The notes under the pieces are model-generated. The model ran no database searches. It was given only the letters and a program-made list of their open reading frames with translations, and had not been told where the DNA came from. Both the position numbers and the translations under genes were made by a program. This document shows, one piece after another, positions 1 through 9,512 of a stretch of DNA of 57,685 nucleotides. Source of the stretch: Bradymonadales bacterium (lineage in GTDB: Bacteria > Bdellovibrionota > UBA2394); NCBI GenBank assembly GCA_007693605.1, contig REDG01000040.1:1-57685 (forward strand), in the 5' to 3' direction. Within the stretch, counting starts at the first letter, position 1. Every line of letters starts with the position of its first letter.

Positions 1-232
1 GCTGCGCTTCTCGAGTGGCATTTTAACCACACTGCGATGCTCGCTCCTTGCCTTCGCGCATCTGGACCCTTATCGCCACTCCCCTATGAACCGCTAAGGG
101 CCCATCTGCTTCGGCGGCTGCGTCTCTGCGCTTCTCGAGTGGCATTTTAACCACACTGCGATGCTCGATCCTTGCCTTCTCGCATCTGGACCCTTATCGC
201 CACTCCCCATGAAGCGCTAAAGGCCCATCTGC
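1..232. repeat. Tandem copies (period 124 bp) of a MITE/REP-like imperfect palindromic element; first copy cut by the window edge
   Basis: CTGCGCTTCTCGAGTGGCATTTTAACCACACTGCGATGCTCG starts at 2 and 126. GCATCTGGACCCTTATCGCCACTCCCC starts at 58 and 182. The same element recurs at 24048-24198. Confidence 0.9.
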
Positions 233-285
233 CTTTGCGACAAACTCCTTGTTCCAGAGCCTCTGAAGCGGATAACTTCATCCCG

Positions 286-696
286 ATGGAAGTCAGTTGG
301 AGAGAGCTTCGAGAGAGCCTTCTGTGGGAGGTCGAGAAGAGCGCAACCAGAATTGAAATTGAACCCACGCCCAGTTTTGAATGGGTCTTTTTGGGAGTGG
401 ATCGTCAAGATCCTTCGGATTTGGATCTTTTCAAGAAAATCCTAAAGGCGGTCGGATTGTCGGTCGAAGGGGATTCTCGTTGGTGCGCCGAGCCCGCTTT
501 GCAACTCCCAAAGGAGCTGGCTTCTCAAATGAGGCAGAAGTCGAGCTGGAAGCTTCTTTGTTTTGGAGACTATCAGGGCGAGAAGAGTCTGGGTCAAGAA
601 GGCCGGATCTTGATCGTGGCGCCTTCGCTAAAGTCTTTGGCCTCATCTCCCACAGAAAAGAAAAAGTTGTGGCAGAAACTCCAAGCTTGTTTATAG
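286..696 (+). CDS. Hypothetical protein with a C-terminus resembling DNA polymerase III psi (HolD)-like or degenerate UDG-fold proteins
   Basis: The ORF-track start at 172 lies inside the repeat, so the in-frame ATG at 286 is preferred. The C-terminal PSLKSLASSPTEKKKLWQKLQ resembles the psi/UDG4 terminal helix. No UDG catalytic or Fe-S motifs were seen. Confidence 0.45.
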   Translation: MEVSWRELRESLLWEVEKSATRIEIEPTPSFEWVFLGVDRQDPSDLDLFKKILKAVGLSVEGDSRWCAEPALQLPKELASQMRQKSSWKLLCFGDYQGEKSLGQEGRILIVAPSLKSLASSPTEKKKLWQKLQACL

Positions 697-722
697 AGCT
701 GTGTTTTGATTTGCGAACGGCT

Positions 723-1814
723 TTAGTCAATAGGAAACTTGAAGTTAGGATCCATATCCCACGGAATCGTCGGCCTGGATTCGTTGTCCACTGGCCAGAG
801 TTCGTCTTGATCGATCCAGTTCACTTTTCGTAGGTCAAGATTTTGCCCTTGATTCCGATTGAGACTTAGGCTCCACTCGGCCGGATCTCCTTCTGCACTG
901 AATCGAGCTCTTGAGAACTCTCGATCTTCAGCTCCCAGACCCGTGACGACCAGCCGCTCAACGATGTACTCACCCGGGATGATCGGCCAGGCAGTATCTT
1001 GTCGCAACATGGGGAAGACCCAAGCCCATTCGTCATTGTCCCAAATGGCCTCGTCTCGGTGTTTGAGTTCTGAATCAAAGACCACGGCCAAGTGAAGACT
1101 ATAGTTTTGTGAGTCTCTCTGAAATCGCTCATCGAAAGTTCGCCTCACTTGTGGGCCGTCTTCGCCCTCTGCAATATGCCGAGCGACGATTTTCCAATAC
1201 AGCTTTGACCCAATCTCTTTGTCTTTAAAACTGTCGGCAAAAGACTTCGGAAGTCTCCCCAAGGTGCTGGGATTGAGTCGAATGCCTTCCCGCCGATAAA
1301 ATCGATAGACTACTTTTCGAATCTCTCTCTGAGAGTCCGTGCGAGTTGAGACTTGAAATGGAAAAACAATGGCCGGCACCTCAAGATCTCCCGAGCTTGG
1401 AAGTCTTAAACTAGAAGAATGAACTTCCACACTGGCACTATCGAAACCTCCAAGATTCAGATAAGCGTTCACTCGATCAGAAGCCTGCAGATTGAGTCGG
1501 ATCGAACCATGGCTTGGATTCTCTGCCGACTCGCGGGAGCTGTCGGTGAAAATGAGAGGGTTTATTTGAACAATGGGATTTAAGTTGGCCACAGGAACAA
1601 GTCGGCTCTCCTCATCGACAAGGCCCCTTCCCAGCCGAAAACTTTGAAACCAGAGCGGGAGGAACTCAACTGGCTCGTCTTGAGAAAAACTTCCCACCAC
1701 CACCTTCGGACCGGAGGCCCTCGCTTCACTTTCAAAGCCCGAAGCGAGGCAGAAGAATCCGAGAGCAAGGCTCAGAATTTTGCTGGGGTGTCGCATTTTG
1801 GGGCGATTGTTCAT
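723..1814 (-). CDS. Hypothetical exported protein
   Basis: 363-aa ORF with a basic N-terminus, hydrophobic ILSLALGFFCLAS and an AxA-like site (ARA). No family recognised. Confidence 0.65.
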   Translation of the reverse strand: MNNRPKMRHPSKILSLALGFFCLASGFESEARASGPKVVVGSFSQDEPVEFLPLWFQSFRLGRGLVDEESRLVPVANLNPIVQINPLIFTDSSRESAENPSHGSIRLNLQASDRVNAYLNLGGFDSASVEVHSSSLRLPSSGDLEVPAIVFPFQVSTRTDSQREIRKVVYRFYRREGIRLNPSTLGRLPKSFADSFKDKEIGSKLYWKIVARHIAEGEDGPQVRRTFDERFQRDSQNYSLHLAVVFDSELKHRDEAIWDNDEWAWVFPMLRQDTAWPIIPGEYIVERLVVTGLGAEDREFSRARFSAEGDPAEWSLSLNRNQGQNLDLRKVNWIDQDELWPVDNESRPTIPWDMDPNFKFPID

Positions 1815-1953
1815 TCGCCCTGTCTATAGCCGAGCTTGGAATAAAATGCGACAGCCTTGGGTCAGTTTGCAGAGCTTTCTGTCCAAGGACCCCAGAACGG
1901 CCGCTATCTTATTGATATTATTGGATTTATATTCCGGATTTCGGCTCATTTCC

Positions 1954-1969
1954 TGGCCCGAGCCTTGCA
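1954..1969 (+). promoter_or_regulatory. Sigma54 (RpoN) -24/-12 promoter
   Basis: TGGCCC-GAGCC-TTGCA with exact GG-N10-GC spacing, 16 bp before ATG 1986. An AT-rich IHF-like tract lies at about 1905-1933. Confidence 0.6.
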
Positions 1970-1985
1970 GCAACTTTAGGGTAGG

Positions 1986-4900
1986 ATGGGCCGGTTTTTT
2001 GGGCAGTCATTTGTGTTGTTTGCGCTTTTGAGCGGCTATGAGCCGGTCGGGGCGGATGAGGGGACTGAGAACGCCTCTTCCCCAGCGGAGTTTAGGCTTG
2101 ATCTGGCGCCGGAGAGCCTCCACTTGATTGCTTCCTATCTGCTGCCGCACTTCTTAGAGTCTTTTCTTTCCGGCACCAGCCTAGAGGAAATCGTTCGAGA
2201 GTATTGGGAGAAAGAAGGCGGCTTTCAACAAGTGATTGATCGGTCTTCGCGAGTGTCGATTTCTCAACTGCTTTTCTCGAATGATGCCGACGGATCCAAG
2301 AGACAGGCTATGGAAACTCAAGCCTTGAACTTGATCTGGGAATACCTCGAGAAGGCCTTGCCCGAATCCTTAGATGCAGAAGAGCGATCGAAGCGCTTAA
2401 AGGCGATCAAGGAAAAGCATAGGCCTGCGATTCGATCGCTGGTGTCTGCGGTCTTTGATTCGACTTTGATTTATAACTTGAGGTTGGAGCTCGATCCGGG
2501 TCTAAAAGAATTGGATTACAGTGTCGAAACCTTCGGAGACAGCGACCCCAGTCTTTGGGAAGATCCCGAGACTAGGCTTTTGCAGAGCTCATCGGGTTCA
2601 GATTCTTCTTCAGACTCGAAAGATTTGTTGCGAGCTCAGCTGTCAGGAGAACTTGACCCGAAAGTTCATGTCGAATTTGTCAGTCTCGCTTGGGAGTATG
2701 AGGGGCAAGAGATGCCTGTTGGTTTAGACTTTTTAGAAAACAGAGTGTGGAGGTTCAGTCAACCCACCGAGATCTCCTTGGAAGTCTCGGCCTCGTTGGG
2801 TACTTCTTCCACTGCGGAGGAAGCTGAGGCTGCCCCAAGATTGTTGAGCTTTCAGTTGGAGAGGCTTGAAGGGAATGTTCTCGATCTTCAGCTGATTGGA
2901 GACGAGGTGAAGTTTGCCGCCGATCAAATCTTTTCGAAAGAGGGGATCGAAGGGCTGATTCGAGAGCTCTTTAGGAGAGGGGCCTTTGGAGACGATGTTT
3001 TGAAGCTCGCTTCCGCTATCTCGGAAGATTTGCTTCCCGCTTACAGTTTGCCTTTGGTGGCCGTGGTGAAAGAAAAGACGCATCCTGAGCTGAACAAGTC
3101 GGAGCGAGAATCTCTAGAGCAAGAGCTCAAAGAAGTTCAGAAGGCGATTGAACGATTGAAGACATCAATAGCAAACCGAGGGGCCTCTGGATTGGAGTTG
3201 TCTCCTCACCCAGCTGGATTGGAGTTGTCTCCTCACCCAGAAGGTCTTCAGATTTCTCAACAGCGATCTCTCGATCAGCTCAAAAAAGAACGGGAGAGTT
3301 TAGAATATCAGCTCGATCCACCCGACGAGATTGAGTTTGAGATTCGAGTCTATGATGACGAGTTTAAAAACTGGTTTGAGAATATGAGTGAGGCCGAGAG
3401 GCGCCGCTTGATCGGAGTCTTTCAGTCAGAGATTCCCTTTAGCCTACTGGGTCGACCGGAAATTCGTCTGCTCTCTGAGAGGGGTCGACTTCAGGCTGTA
3501 TTTCAAATGGATTCAGATTTTTATTTTCAGTGGAAGCCTTTGTTTTTTGGAGTGTCTGAAAATGCTTTTGGAAAAGACGCTCCTATCTTGTTGAGAGGAA
3601 TTTCCGAAGCCCTTGCAGGCATTCATCTTCTTGAGAGCCACCCTGCCTCTGCGCTCGAAATCTGGATGAACAAAGACCGAGGCAGTCAGGATGTTCTGGT
3701 TGAGGTTTCCTTTTCTGTCAATTTGGTTGAGGATCCCTCTTCGGACAATAAGGTTGCTCGTTTGGAATTCGACCTAGACTCGATAGTTCTGAAAGCTGAT
3801 TTTTTGGACCGAACTTTTCTCAATCGGACTAAGCTTTCAGTTTCAGAAGATCTGCCCGGTCTTGTTTTGGATCGAACGCCCTTTGCTCTTGATTTTTCAA
3901 ACTCAATGATGCTTCAGCTTCCGAGCTTGCTGCCGGTGGCCCAGGGCTTACTCTCAGAAGAAAAACAAGCGGAGCTAGAAGCGCTCTTTGTGGCTGAGGC
4001 CAATCGATTTCTCGATGGCCGGAAGTTTAGATTGGGCTCGGAAGACTCATCTGAGGCGGACGCTTCAGATGAAGCAGCTGAATCGGAGGCAGGCCTGCTT
4101 CTTCAATTTCTGCCGACTCTTCGGTCATCGGGTTCTAGGCTCGGTCGAGCTTTCTTGGCAGAAAACTCCTTTGAACTCGAGTGGAAGGACTGGACGGAGG
4201 AAGAGAAGGAGGCGTTGGGGGTCACTGATACGGATCTCAGCGATTTAGCCGAGGGTTTGCGCTCTGCTCCCGCCGCGCTCGGGGCGATCACTAGGCTTGA
4301 TTTGCCAGAATATCTTCGTTTTCGTCTTGAGAATCTCTCCTTAGACAATCAAGAAATCGAGTGGATTGAAATCGGGCTGCGAAATCCAAACTCCCCTCAG
4401 CTTCTGGTTCGATGGGAGTTAAGACCGCATCCTCAACTGGGTTATGTTCTGCTGCCGACCGCCTCAAATCTTGAAAGGATTTTGTCCGAATATGAACTGG
4501 TTGAATCAGGACTTCATGGTCCCGAAGTGGGAGAAATTGTTGGAGGGGGCTGGAAACAACAAGCGGGCTTGAGAGCCGTGGAGGCGCTGCGGGGCTTGGG
4601 CGCGAGATTACCAGCGGTTCCAGGTGCGGTGGCTCAAGGGAGCGCCGAGATTCTCAAAAGAAGGGGCTTGGTGGATGCGCTTCGCCCCCATGTTGACACG
4701 ATCAAAAAAGAGCTGGGCTTGAACTTGAGATCCATGATGCAAGAAGCTTTGAATGGCGATTTAAGTCAAGAGCTTGAGAATCCCAAAGGGGGAATGTTTC
4801 AAGAGGTTCTAGAAATTCTCTCTAGACAGTTTCAACTCGTGGTGACCAACGAGCTTCTGCCTTGGTTTGATGCGCTTGGACATGTCCGTGTGGGGGATGA

Positions 4901-6680
4901 AGAGGATAAGGCCAATGCGCGGGAACTGGTTGAGAAGGTGGCACTTGGTCAGGCTAGAGAGTTCTTAGAGGATTTAGAGCTGAACAAAAAACTGAGGGAC
5001 GGACTTCAGAGTCTTCGAGCCTACCTCGAACGGACTCTGGCAGACTTTCCCAGCACTCTTGACTTTTCGGACTCATTGGAGAAAAGGCAGCAAAGAGAAG
5101 CGGACGGAAGCCCTCCTTCCCCCAATCCTATCGACCTCTTTGAGCGGCTGGCTGAAGCCGTCAAGAAAGGCGGTGAAGAAGCGAGCGACTTCGTGGAGTC
5201 TATGATTTCTGAGGTGAATCTCAAAGATATCTTAAACGCCGATCGAAGAGCCTTGCAAACAGAGAGAACATTTGCCGAGAGAAGTCTGATGCATCTGGAG
5301 GCCATTGAGCAGTGGCTAATCGAGCATGCCGATTTGCTCAAAGAGAACTGGGATTTGAATCGAATGATTTCACTCGATCATCGAGAGTTCGTGTTTCAAG
5401 CACGACTCGAGCAGCTCGAAAATTGGAAGAAATTTTATCGAGACAGAGTCGACTCCATCAAGGCCAGTGAAGATGAAATTCCCATCCTCTTGCGGGACCA
5501 ACAATTCTTTCACTGGTTACAGAGTCTGCGTGGAGAACTTCCCGTCCTTGATCAGCGCGGGGAAATCTCAGAAAGCTCTTTGAGTGGGCTTTACTCAAGA
5601 CTTGATGCCTTTAAGAAAGATTGGCAAGAGCAAGAAGATCCTCGACAGGGGCCTTCTCAGACTGAGCCAGTTCCGCCAGAGGTTCAACGGAGTCTGGGCG
5701 AAAGAATTGCTGAGGTCCTCGATCCCCCGGCTTGTCTTTTGCCGGGAGCCTTACAAGTGGAGCTTTCAGCCTCCGGCTTGATTGGCCAGGTCCTTCCGAG
5801 CTTTGTCGCTCGCAGGGGGGTGGGCAGGCCAAGAAGTCGTCAAGAGCAGCCTTCCACTTCAAGCTTGGAGTTTCCACCCCAATCAGAGATTCCACCCGTC
5901 GGTTTTATTCGAGTGCGTCAGGAGCTTTTTCAAGACTATTTTGAAGTGGTCGCTGAAAGAGCGGCCCCTCTCTTGAGAGATATGCTTTTGTATTCAGATA
6001 TGGAAAATGGCCAAAGACGATTCGGGGTGAACGAATCGGTGATTGCCGAGCTTCTGGAACCTCAAGTGGAGTTCAAAACGTCAGGACCTGTTCTGCGATT
6101 CTATTTGAAGACGGAGCAAAAGGGCCTTCTGAGATGGAAGAATCAACATCTGATTGAGATCCCCTTGGAGCTGAGAATCCGAAATGTCTTTCTCGAGCGA
6201 CCCGAGTTGAGCGGAGAAGAAGTTCCCTTTGAGTATGAATTGAGTTTTCAGGTCGATCCGAGTCGCTTTGCTCTCCGCTCAGAGGGCTGGGGGGAAGGCC
6301 CGGGCTACTTCTTGCAGGATATCGCTCGCGCGGCCATTGGCTTACGTCGTCATGTCGCCAACAGTATTGAGCTCGAACTCAGGGAAGCACTGGTCACTCG
6401 AAATAAAGAGAATCGAGAGCTGGTTGGGGTTCCCATATCCGTTCGGATTCCAGCCATGGGTCTTCCCGGTCTGATGGCCGTGGGTCCGGATGGCGAGCTG
6501 AGCGACAGGCCCGCTTTCCCCATTGCCCTGGGTCAGCCTGAATTTAGTTCCGAAGGCCTTAAGATTCCCTTCCATTTGGCTTCAGCTCTTTCTCGGCAAC
6601 GAGAAGCTCCTCGCACTCGTTTTGAGGGCAGTGTCCGCTTTTCAACAGAGCCCGATTCCGATAACTCCTCGGTCGAGTGA
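1986..6680 (+). CDS. Very large acidic, Leu/Glu-rich exported hypothetical protein (1564 aa)
   Basis: Long uninterrupted ORF with a signal-peptide-like start (MGRFFGQSFVLFALLSG) and coiled-coil segments. Its stop overlaps the queA start (GTGA). Confidence 0.8.
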   Translation: MGRFFGQSFVLFALLSGYEPVGADEGTENASSPAEFRLDLAPESLHLIASYLLPHFLESFLSGTSLEEIVREYWEKEGGFQQVIDRSSRVSISQLLFSNDADGSKRQAMETQALNLIWEYLEKALPESLDAEERSKRLKAIKEKHRPAIRSLVSAVFDSTLIYNLRLELDPGLKELDYSVETFGDSDPSLWEDPETRLLQSSSGSDSSSDSKDLLRAQLSGELDPKVHVEFVSLAWEYEGQEMPVGLDFLENRVWRFSQPTEISLEVSASLGTSSTAEEAEAAPRLLSFQLERLEGNVLDLQLIGDEVKFAADQIFSKEGIEGLIRELFRRGAFGDDVLKLASAISEDLLPAYSLPLVAVVKEKTHPELNKSERESLEQELKEVQKAIERLKTSIANRGASGLELSPHPAGLELSPHPEGLQISQQRSLDQLKKERESLEYQLDPPDEIEFEIRVYDDEFKNWFENMSEAERRRLIGVFQSEIPFSLLGRPEIRLLSERGRLQAVFQMDSDFYFQWKPLFFGVSENAFGKDAPILLRGISEALAGIHLLESHPASALEIWMNKDRGSQDVLVEVSFSVNLVEDPSSDNKVARLEFDLDSIVLKADFLDRTFLNRTKLSVSEDLPGLVLDRTPFALDFSNSMMLQLPSLLPVAQGLLSEEKQAELEALFVAEANRFLDGRKFRLGSEDSSEADASDEAAESEAGLLLQFLPTLRSSGSRLGRAFLAENSFELEWKDWTEEEKEALGVTDTDLSDLAEGLRSAPAALGAITRLDLPEYLRFRLENLSLDNQEIEWIEIGLRNPNSPQLLVRWELRPHPQLGYVLLPTASNLERILSEYELVESGLHGPEVGEIVGGGWKQQAGLRAVEALRGLGARLPAVPGAVAQGSAEILKRRGLVDALRPHVDTIKKELGLNLRSMMQEALNGDLSQELENPKGGMFQEVLEILSRQFQLVVTNELLPWFDALGHVRVGDEEDKANARELVEKVALGQAREFLEDLELNKKLRDGLQSLRAYLERTLADFPSTLDFSDSLEKRQQREADGSPPSPNPIDLFERLAEAVKKGGEEASDFVESMISEVNLKDILNADRRALQTERTFAERSLMHLEAIEQWLIEHADLLKENWDLNRMISLDHREFVFQARLEQLENWKKFYRDRVDSIKASEDEIPILLRDQQFFHWLQSLRGELPVLDQRGEISESSLSGLYSRLDAFKKDWQEQEDPRQGPSQTEPVPPEVQRSLGERIAEVLDPPACLLPGALQVELSASGLIGQVLPSFVARRGVGRPRSRQEQPSTSSLEFPPQSEIPPVGFIRVRQELFQDYFEVVAERAAPLLRDMLLYSDMENGQRRFGVNESVIAELLEPQVEFKTSGPVLRFYLKTEQKGLLRWKNQHLIEIPLELRIRNVFLERPELSGEEVPFEYELSFQVDPSRFALRSEGWGEGPGYFLQDIARAAIGLRRHVANSIELELREALVTRNKENRELVGVPISVRIPAMGLPGLMAVGPDGELSDRPAFPIALGQPEFSSEGLKIPFHLASALSRQREAPRTRFEGSVRFSTEPDSDNSSVE
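3187..3240 (+). repeat. Perfect in-frame 27-bp tandem duplication (GLELSPHP twice)
   Basis: CTGGATTGGAGTTGTCTCCTCACCCAG at 3187-3213 and 3214-3240. Confidence 0.95.
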
Positions 6681-7771
6681 GATTAGAAGACTTTGATTTC
6701 GATTTTCCTGCCGACTTGGTGGCGACCCGACCGGTCGAGCCCCCCTCTGATGCGAAACTCTTACTTTTCGATCGGGCCACTCATCAACTGGCACAAAAGA
6801 AGTTTATGAATCTTTTGGATGAACTGACACCCCAAGATCTGCTGGTAACGAATGAGACAAAAGTCATTCCCGCCCGCTTTCTTTGTGAAAAGGAGTCAGG
6901 CGCAAAGTTCGAAGGTCTTTTCTTGGGGGGCTTTTTTTCGGAACGAGCAGAGCCCAATCACCAGCAGGCCATGACTCGAGTTTGGCTTCAAGGGAAGTGG
7001 CGGCCCGGGGAGACTCTGAAGCTTCTTGAGGGACCAGAGATTGAGATCCTCTCTCGGACGGGCAAAGAGGCGATTTTGAAGATCGCGCCCTCGGTCTTTG
7101 AGAGCTATCTGAAAGACTTTGGAAAAACTCCGCTTCCTCCTTATATTCGTGCGGCTCGCAAGCAAAGAACGGAGTCAGAGGATTGGGAACTCGATCCGAA
7201 AGCCTATCAAAACCCATTCGCCTGCCAAGAGACCGATCTTTCTTCCAAGGCCTCACCGACCGCCTCCCTTCATTGCGACGATCTGTTTTTTGAGGCCTTT
7301 GAACGACGAGGGCTTCAACGGCTCTCTCTCGAACTCGAAATTGGCTTGGGCACCTTCGCTCCGATTGAGGTCCAAGAGCTATCTTCACATCGTATGCATC
7401 GAGAGCGATACCGCATTTCTTCAGAACTTTGGCGAAGAATCAGTGAGACGAAAGCCGAGGGCGGAAGGGTGGTAGCCCTTGGCACCACCGTCTTGAGAGC
7501 TTTGGAATCTCGAGCTCGGCTTTCCGAACTGGGGGATGAGAGCGCAGAGGCAGAGACAGACATTTTCATCTTTCCACCCTTTGACTTCCGGGTGGTGGAC
7601 GCCTTGATCACCAACTTTCATCAGCCCCAATCGACTTTACTTTTATTGGTGGCCGCGTTTTTAGAACCCTCCAGTCTTTGTCCGAAAGCCTTGTGGCGGA
7701 AAGTCTATCAAGAAGCGATTTCTAGGGGTTTTCGTTTATTTTCCTATGGAGATGCTCTTTTTATCCGCTAA
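6677..7771 (+). CDS. queA: S-adenosylmethionine:tRNA ribosyltransferase-isomerase
   Basis: LEDFDFDFP, NETKVIPAR, PLPPYI, ALGTTVLRALES, LITNFHQPQSTLL and LFSYGDA motifs; adjacent to tgt. Confidence 0.95.
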   Translation: MRLEDFDFDFPADLVATRPVEPPSDAKLLLFDRATHQLAQKKFMNLLDELTPQDLLVTNETKVIPARFLCEKESGAKFEGLFLGGFFSERAEPNHQQAMTRVWLQGKWRPGETLKLLEGPEIEILSRTGKEAILKIAPSVFESYLKDFGKTPLPPYIRAARKQRTESEDWELDPKAYQNPFACQETDLSSKASPTASLHCDDLFFEAFERRGLQRLSLELEIGLGTFAPIEVQELSSHRMHRERYRISSELWRRISETKAEGGRVVALGTTVLRALESRARLSELGDESAEAETDIFIFPPFDFRVVDALITNFHQPQSTLLLLVAAFLEPSSLCPKALWRKVYQEAISRGFRLFSYGDALFIR

Positions 7772-7783
7772 GACAGAGGCGCA

Positions 7784-8968
7784 GTGAGTTTTGAGATTCT
7801 AAAATCTGATCCTCAGTCTTGTGCGCGGCGGGGCCGTTTGCAGTGTGCTCATGGCCCCATTGAAACGCCGGTCTTTATGCCGGTTGGAACCTACGGGGCC
7901 ATTCGAGCCCTGAGCAGCTGGGAAGTCGAAGAGCTTGGGGCTGAGGTCATTTTGGCCAACAATTATCATTTGTCCTCTCGACCCGGCCTAGAAACGATTG
8001 AATCGCTCGGAGGTCTTCACTCCTTTTTGGGCTGGAAGCGAAATCTTCTGACGGACAGTGGAGGCTTTCAGGTGTTCAGCCTCGCGAAGCGACGGAAGTT
8101 GAGTGACGAAGGAGTCGAGTTTCAGGACCATATTGACGGACGGCGGATTTTCCTGAGTCCGGAGTCCGTCGTCCAATCTCAAGAAGTATGGGGTAGCGAT
8201 ATCATGATGGTTCTTGACCATTGCCCGGCAGCCGATTTGCCCCGCTCTGAGATTCTTGAAGCCATGAGTCGCACTTTGCATTGGGCCGATCGAAGTCTGG
8301 CGGCCTGGTCTCGGCCCGAACTTCATTTGTTTCCGATTGTGCAGGGGGCTTGCGACTCAGATCTGCGAGAGAGATCTCTTCAAGACCTGATGAAGCTTGA
8401 AGAGAAGCACGAACGAAAATGGCCAGGAGTGGCCATTGGAGGCCTAAGTGTAGGAGAAGAGAAAGAGGATTTTGTCAGAACGCTTTTTGAGCTGCGAGAC
8501 AAACTTCCCTTTTCAAAGCCTCACTACCTGATGGGAGTGGGCACGCCCAGAGATTTGGTCTTTGGGGTTCTTTGTGGAATCGATATGTTTGATTGTGTGA
8601 TTCCGTCTCGGAATGCACGGCATGGGATTGTGATGACCGAGACAGGGCGCTTGAATTTGTTCAACCAACAGTTTACCCGCGATGAGGGGCCGCTTGATTC
8701 CAGTTGCCCCTGTCGGGTTTGCTCTTCTTATTCGAGGGCCTTTCTGCGACATTTGTTTGTGATGGGAGAGCCCTTGGCGGCTCGGCTTGCGACGCTTCAT
8801 AATGTCAGTTATTTTTTGGAGCTTTTTCGAAAAATTCGCGATCTTCTGGAGTCAGGTGATTTTTACGAGTTTGCTCAAGAGTTTTTGAAGGACCCAAAGA
8901 ATTTGTATCTTGGGGGCGAGTCTCAGTTTTTCGATTTTCCGAAAGACTATCGTGTTTCCGATCTTTGA
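7784..8968 (+). CDS. tgt: Queuine tRNA-ribosyltransferase
   Basis: ETPVFMPVGT, LTDSGGFQVFSL, GGLSVGE, HYLMGVG, DMFDCV motifs and the zinc site CPCRVC...H. Confidence 0.97.
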   Translation: MSFEILKSDPQSCARRGRLQCAHGPIETPVFMPVGTYGAIRALSSWEVEELGAEVILANNYHLSSRPGLETIESLGGLHSFLGWKRNLLTDSGGFQVFSLAKRRKLSDEGVEFQDHIDGRRIFLSPESVVQSQEVWGSDIMMVLDHCPAADLPRSEILEAMSRTLHWADRSLAAWSRPELHLFPIVQGACDSDLRERSLQDLMKLEEKHERKWPGVAIGGLSVGEEKEDFVRTLFELRDKLPFSKPHYLMGVGTPRDLVFGVLCGIDMFDCVIPSRNARHGIVMTETGRLNLFNQQFTRDEGPLDSSCPCRVCSSYSRAFLRHLFVMGEPLAARLATLHNVSYFLELFRKIRDLLESGDFYEFAQEFLKDPKNLYLGGESQFFDFPKDYRVSDL

Positions 8969-9130
8969 ACGCCTGAGCTAGGACCTTTGATGCCATTCCT
9001 TGATGAGGAGTTTGGCGAGCATCACAATTTAAGAGGGCGCTTGGGCCGGTGTGGAAAGCTCGTAGAGACCCCGTTTTAGCTCCTCATTTTCCTTTACACT
9101 CAGGGGCGTTCAACCTAATTTTCGGGGGAT

Positions 9131-9496
9131 ATGATGAAATTTTCTCTTTTATCTCTGGGATTGACCCTGTTTTTTGCGTCTGAAGCCATGGCCCAGGCAG
9201 AGCCCGCGGGTTCTGGCTATTCCATGTTGATTGGGTTTGGACTGATTTTTCTGATTTTCTATCTCTTCATTCTTCGCCCACAGGCCAAGAAAGCTCGAGA
9301 TCACGCCAACTTGGTGACAAGCCTTGAGAAAGGGGACGAGGTGATGACTCAAGCGGGAGTTTTCGGAAAGATTCATGGAGTGGCTGAAAAGGTTGTGACC
9401 CTAGAAGTGGCCCCCAATGTTCGCATTCGAGTGGATCGAAATTCAATTTCTGCCCGATTCTCGAAGAACTCAGAAGATGCAAAGTCGGCGGCTTAA
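9131..9496 (+). CDS. yajC: Preprotein translocase subunit YajC
   Basis: FYLFILRPQAKK...SLEKGDEVMTQAGVFGKI; lies between tgt and secD. Confidence 0.95.
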   Translation: MMKFSLLSLGLTLFFASEAMAQAEPAGSGYSMLIGFGLIFLIFYLFILRPQAKKARDHANLVTSLEKGDEVMTQAGVFGKIHGVAEKVVTLEVAPNVRIRVDRNSISARFSKNSEDAKSAA

Positions 9497-9512
9497 AGAG
9501 GGGGTCTAAGTT

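Noticed and set aside
1..232. Possible CRISPR array
   Set aside because: The whole 124-bp unit repeats, with no unique spacers, and no cas genes are present in the window.
172..285. N-terminal extension of ORF 172..696 and ORF 147..368
   Set aside because: Both begin in or run through the repeat element; ATG 286 is the more plausible start.
2805..2821. TCTTCCACTGCGGAGGA resembling the 17-bp palindrome
   Set aside because: Four mismatches inside coding sequence; compatible with chance.
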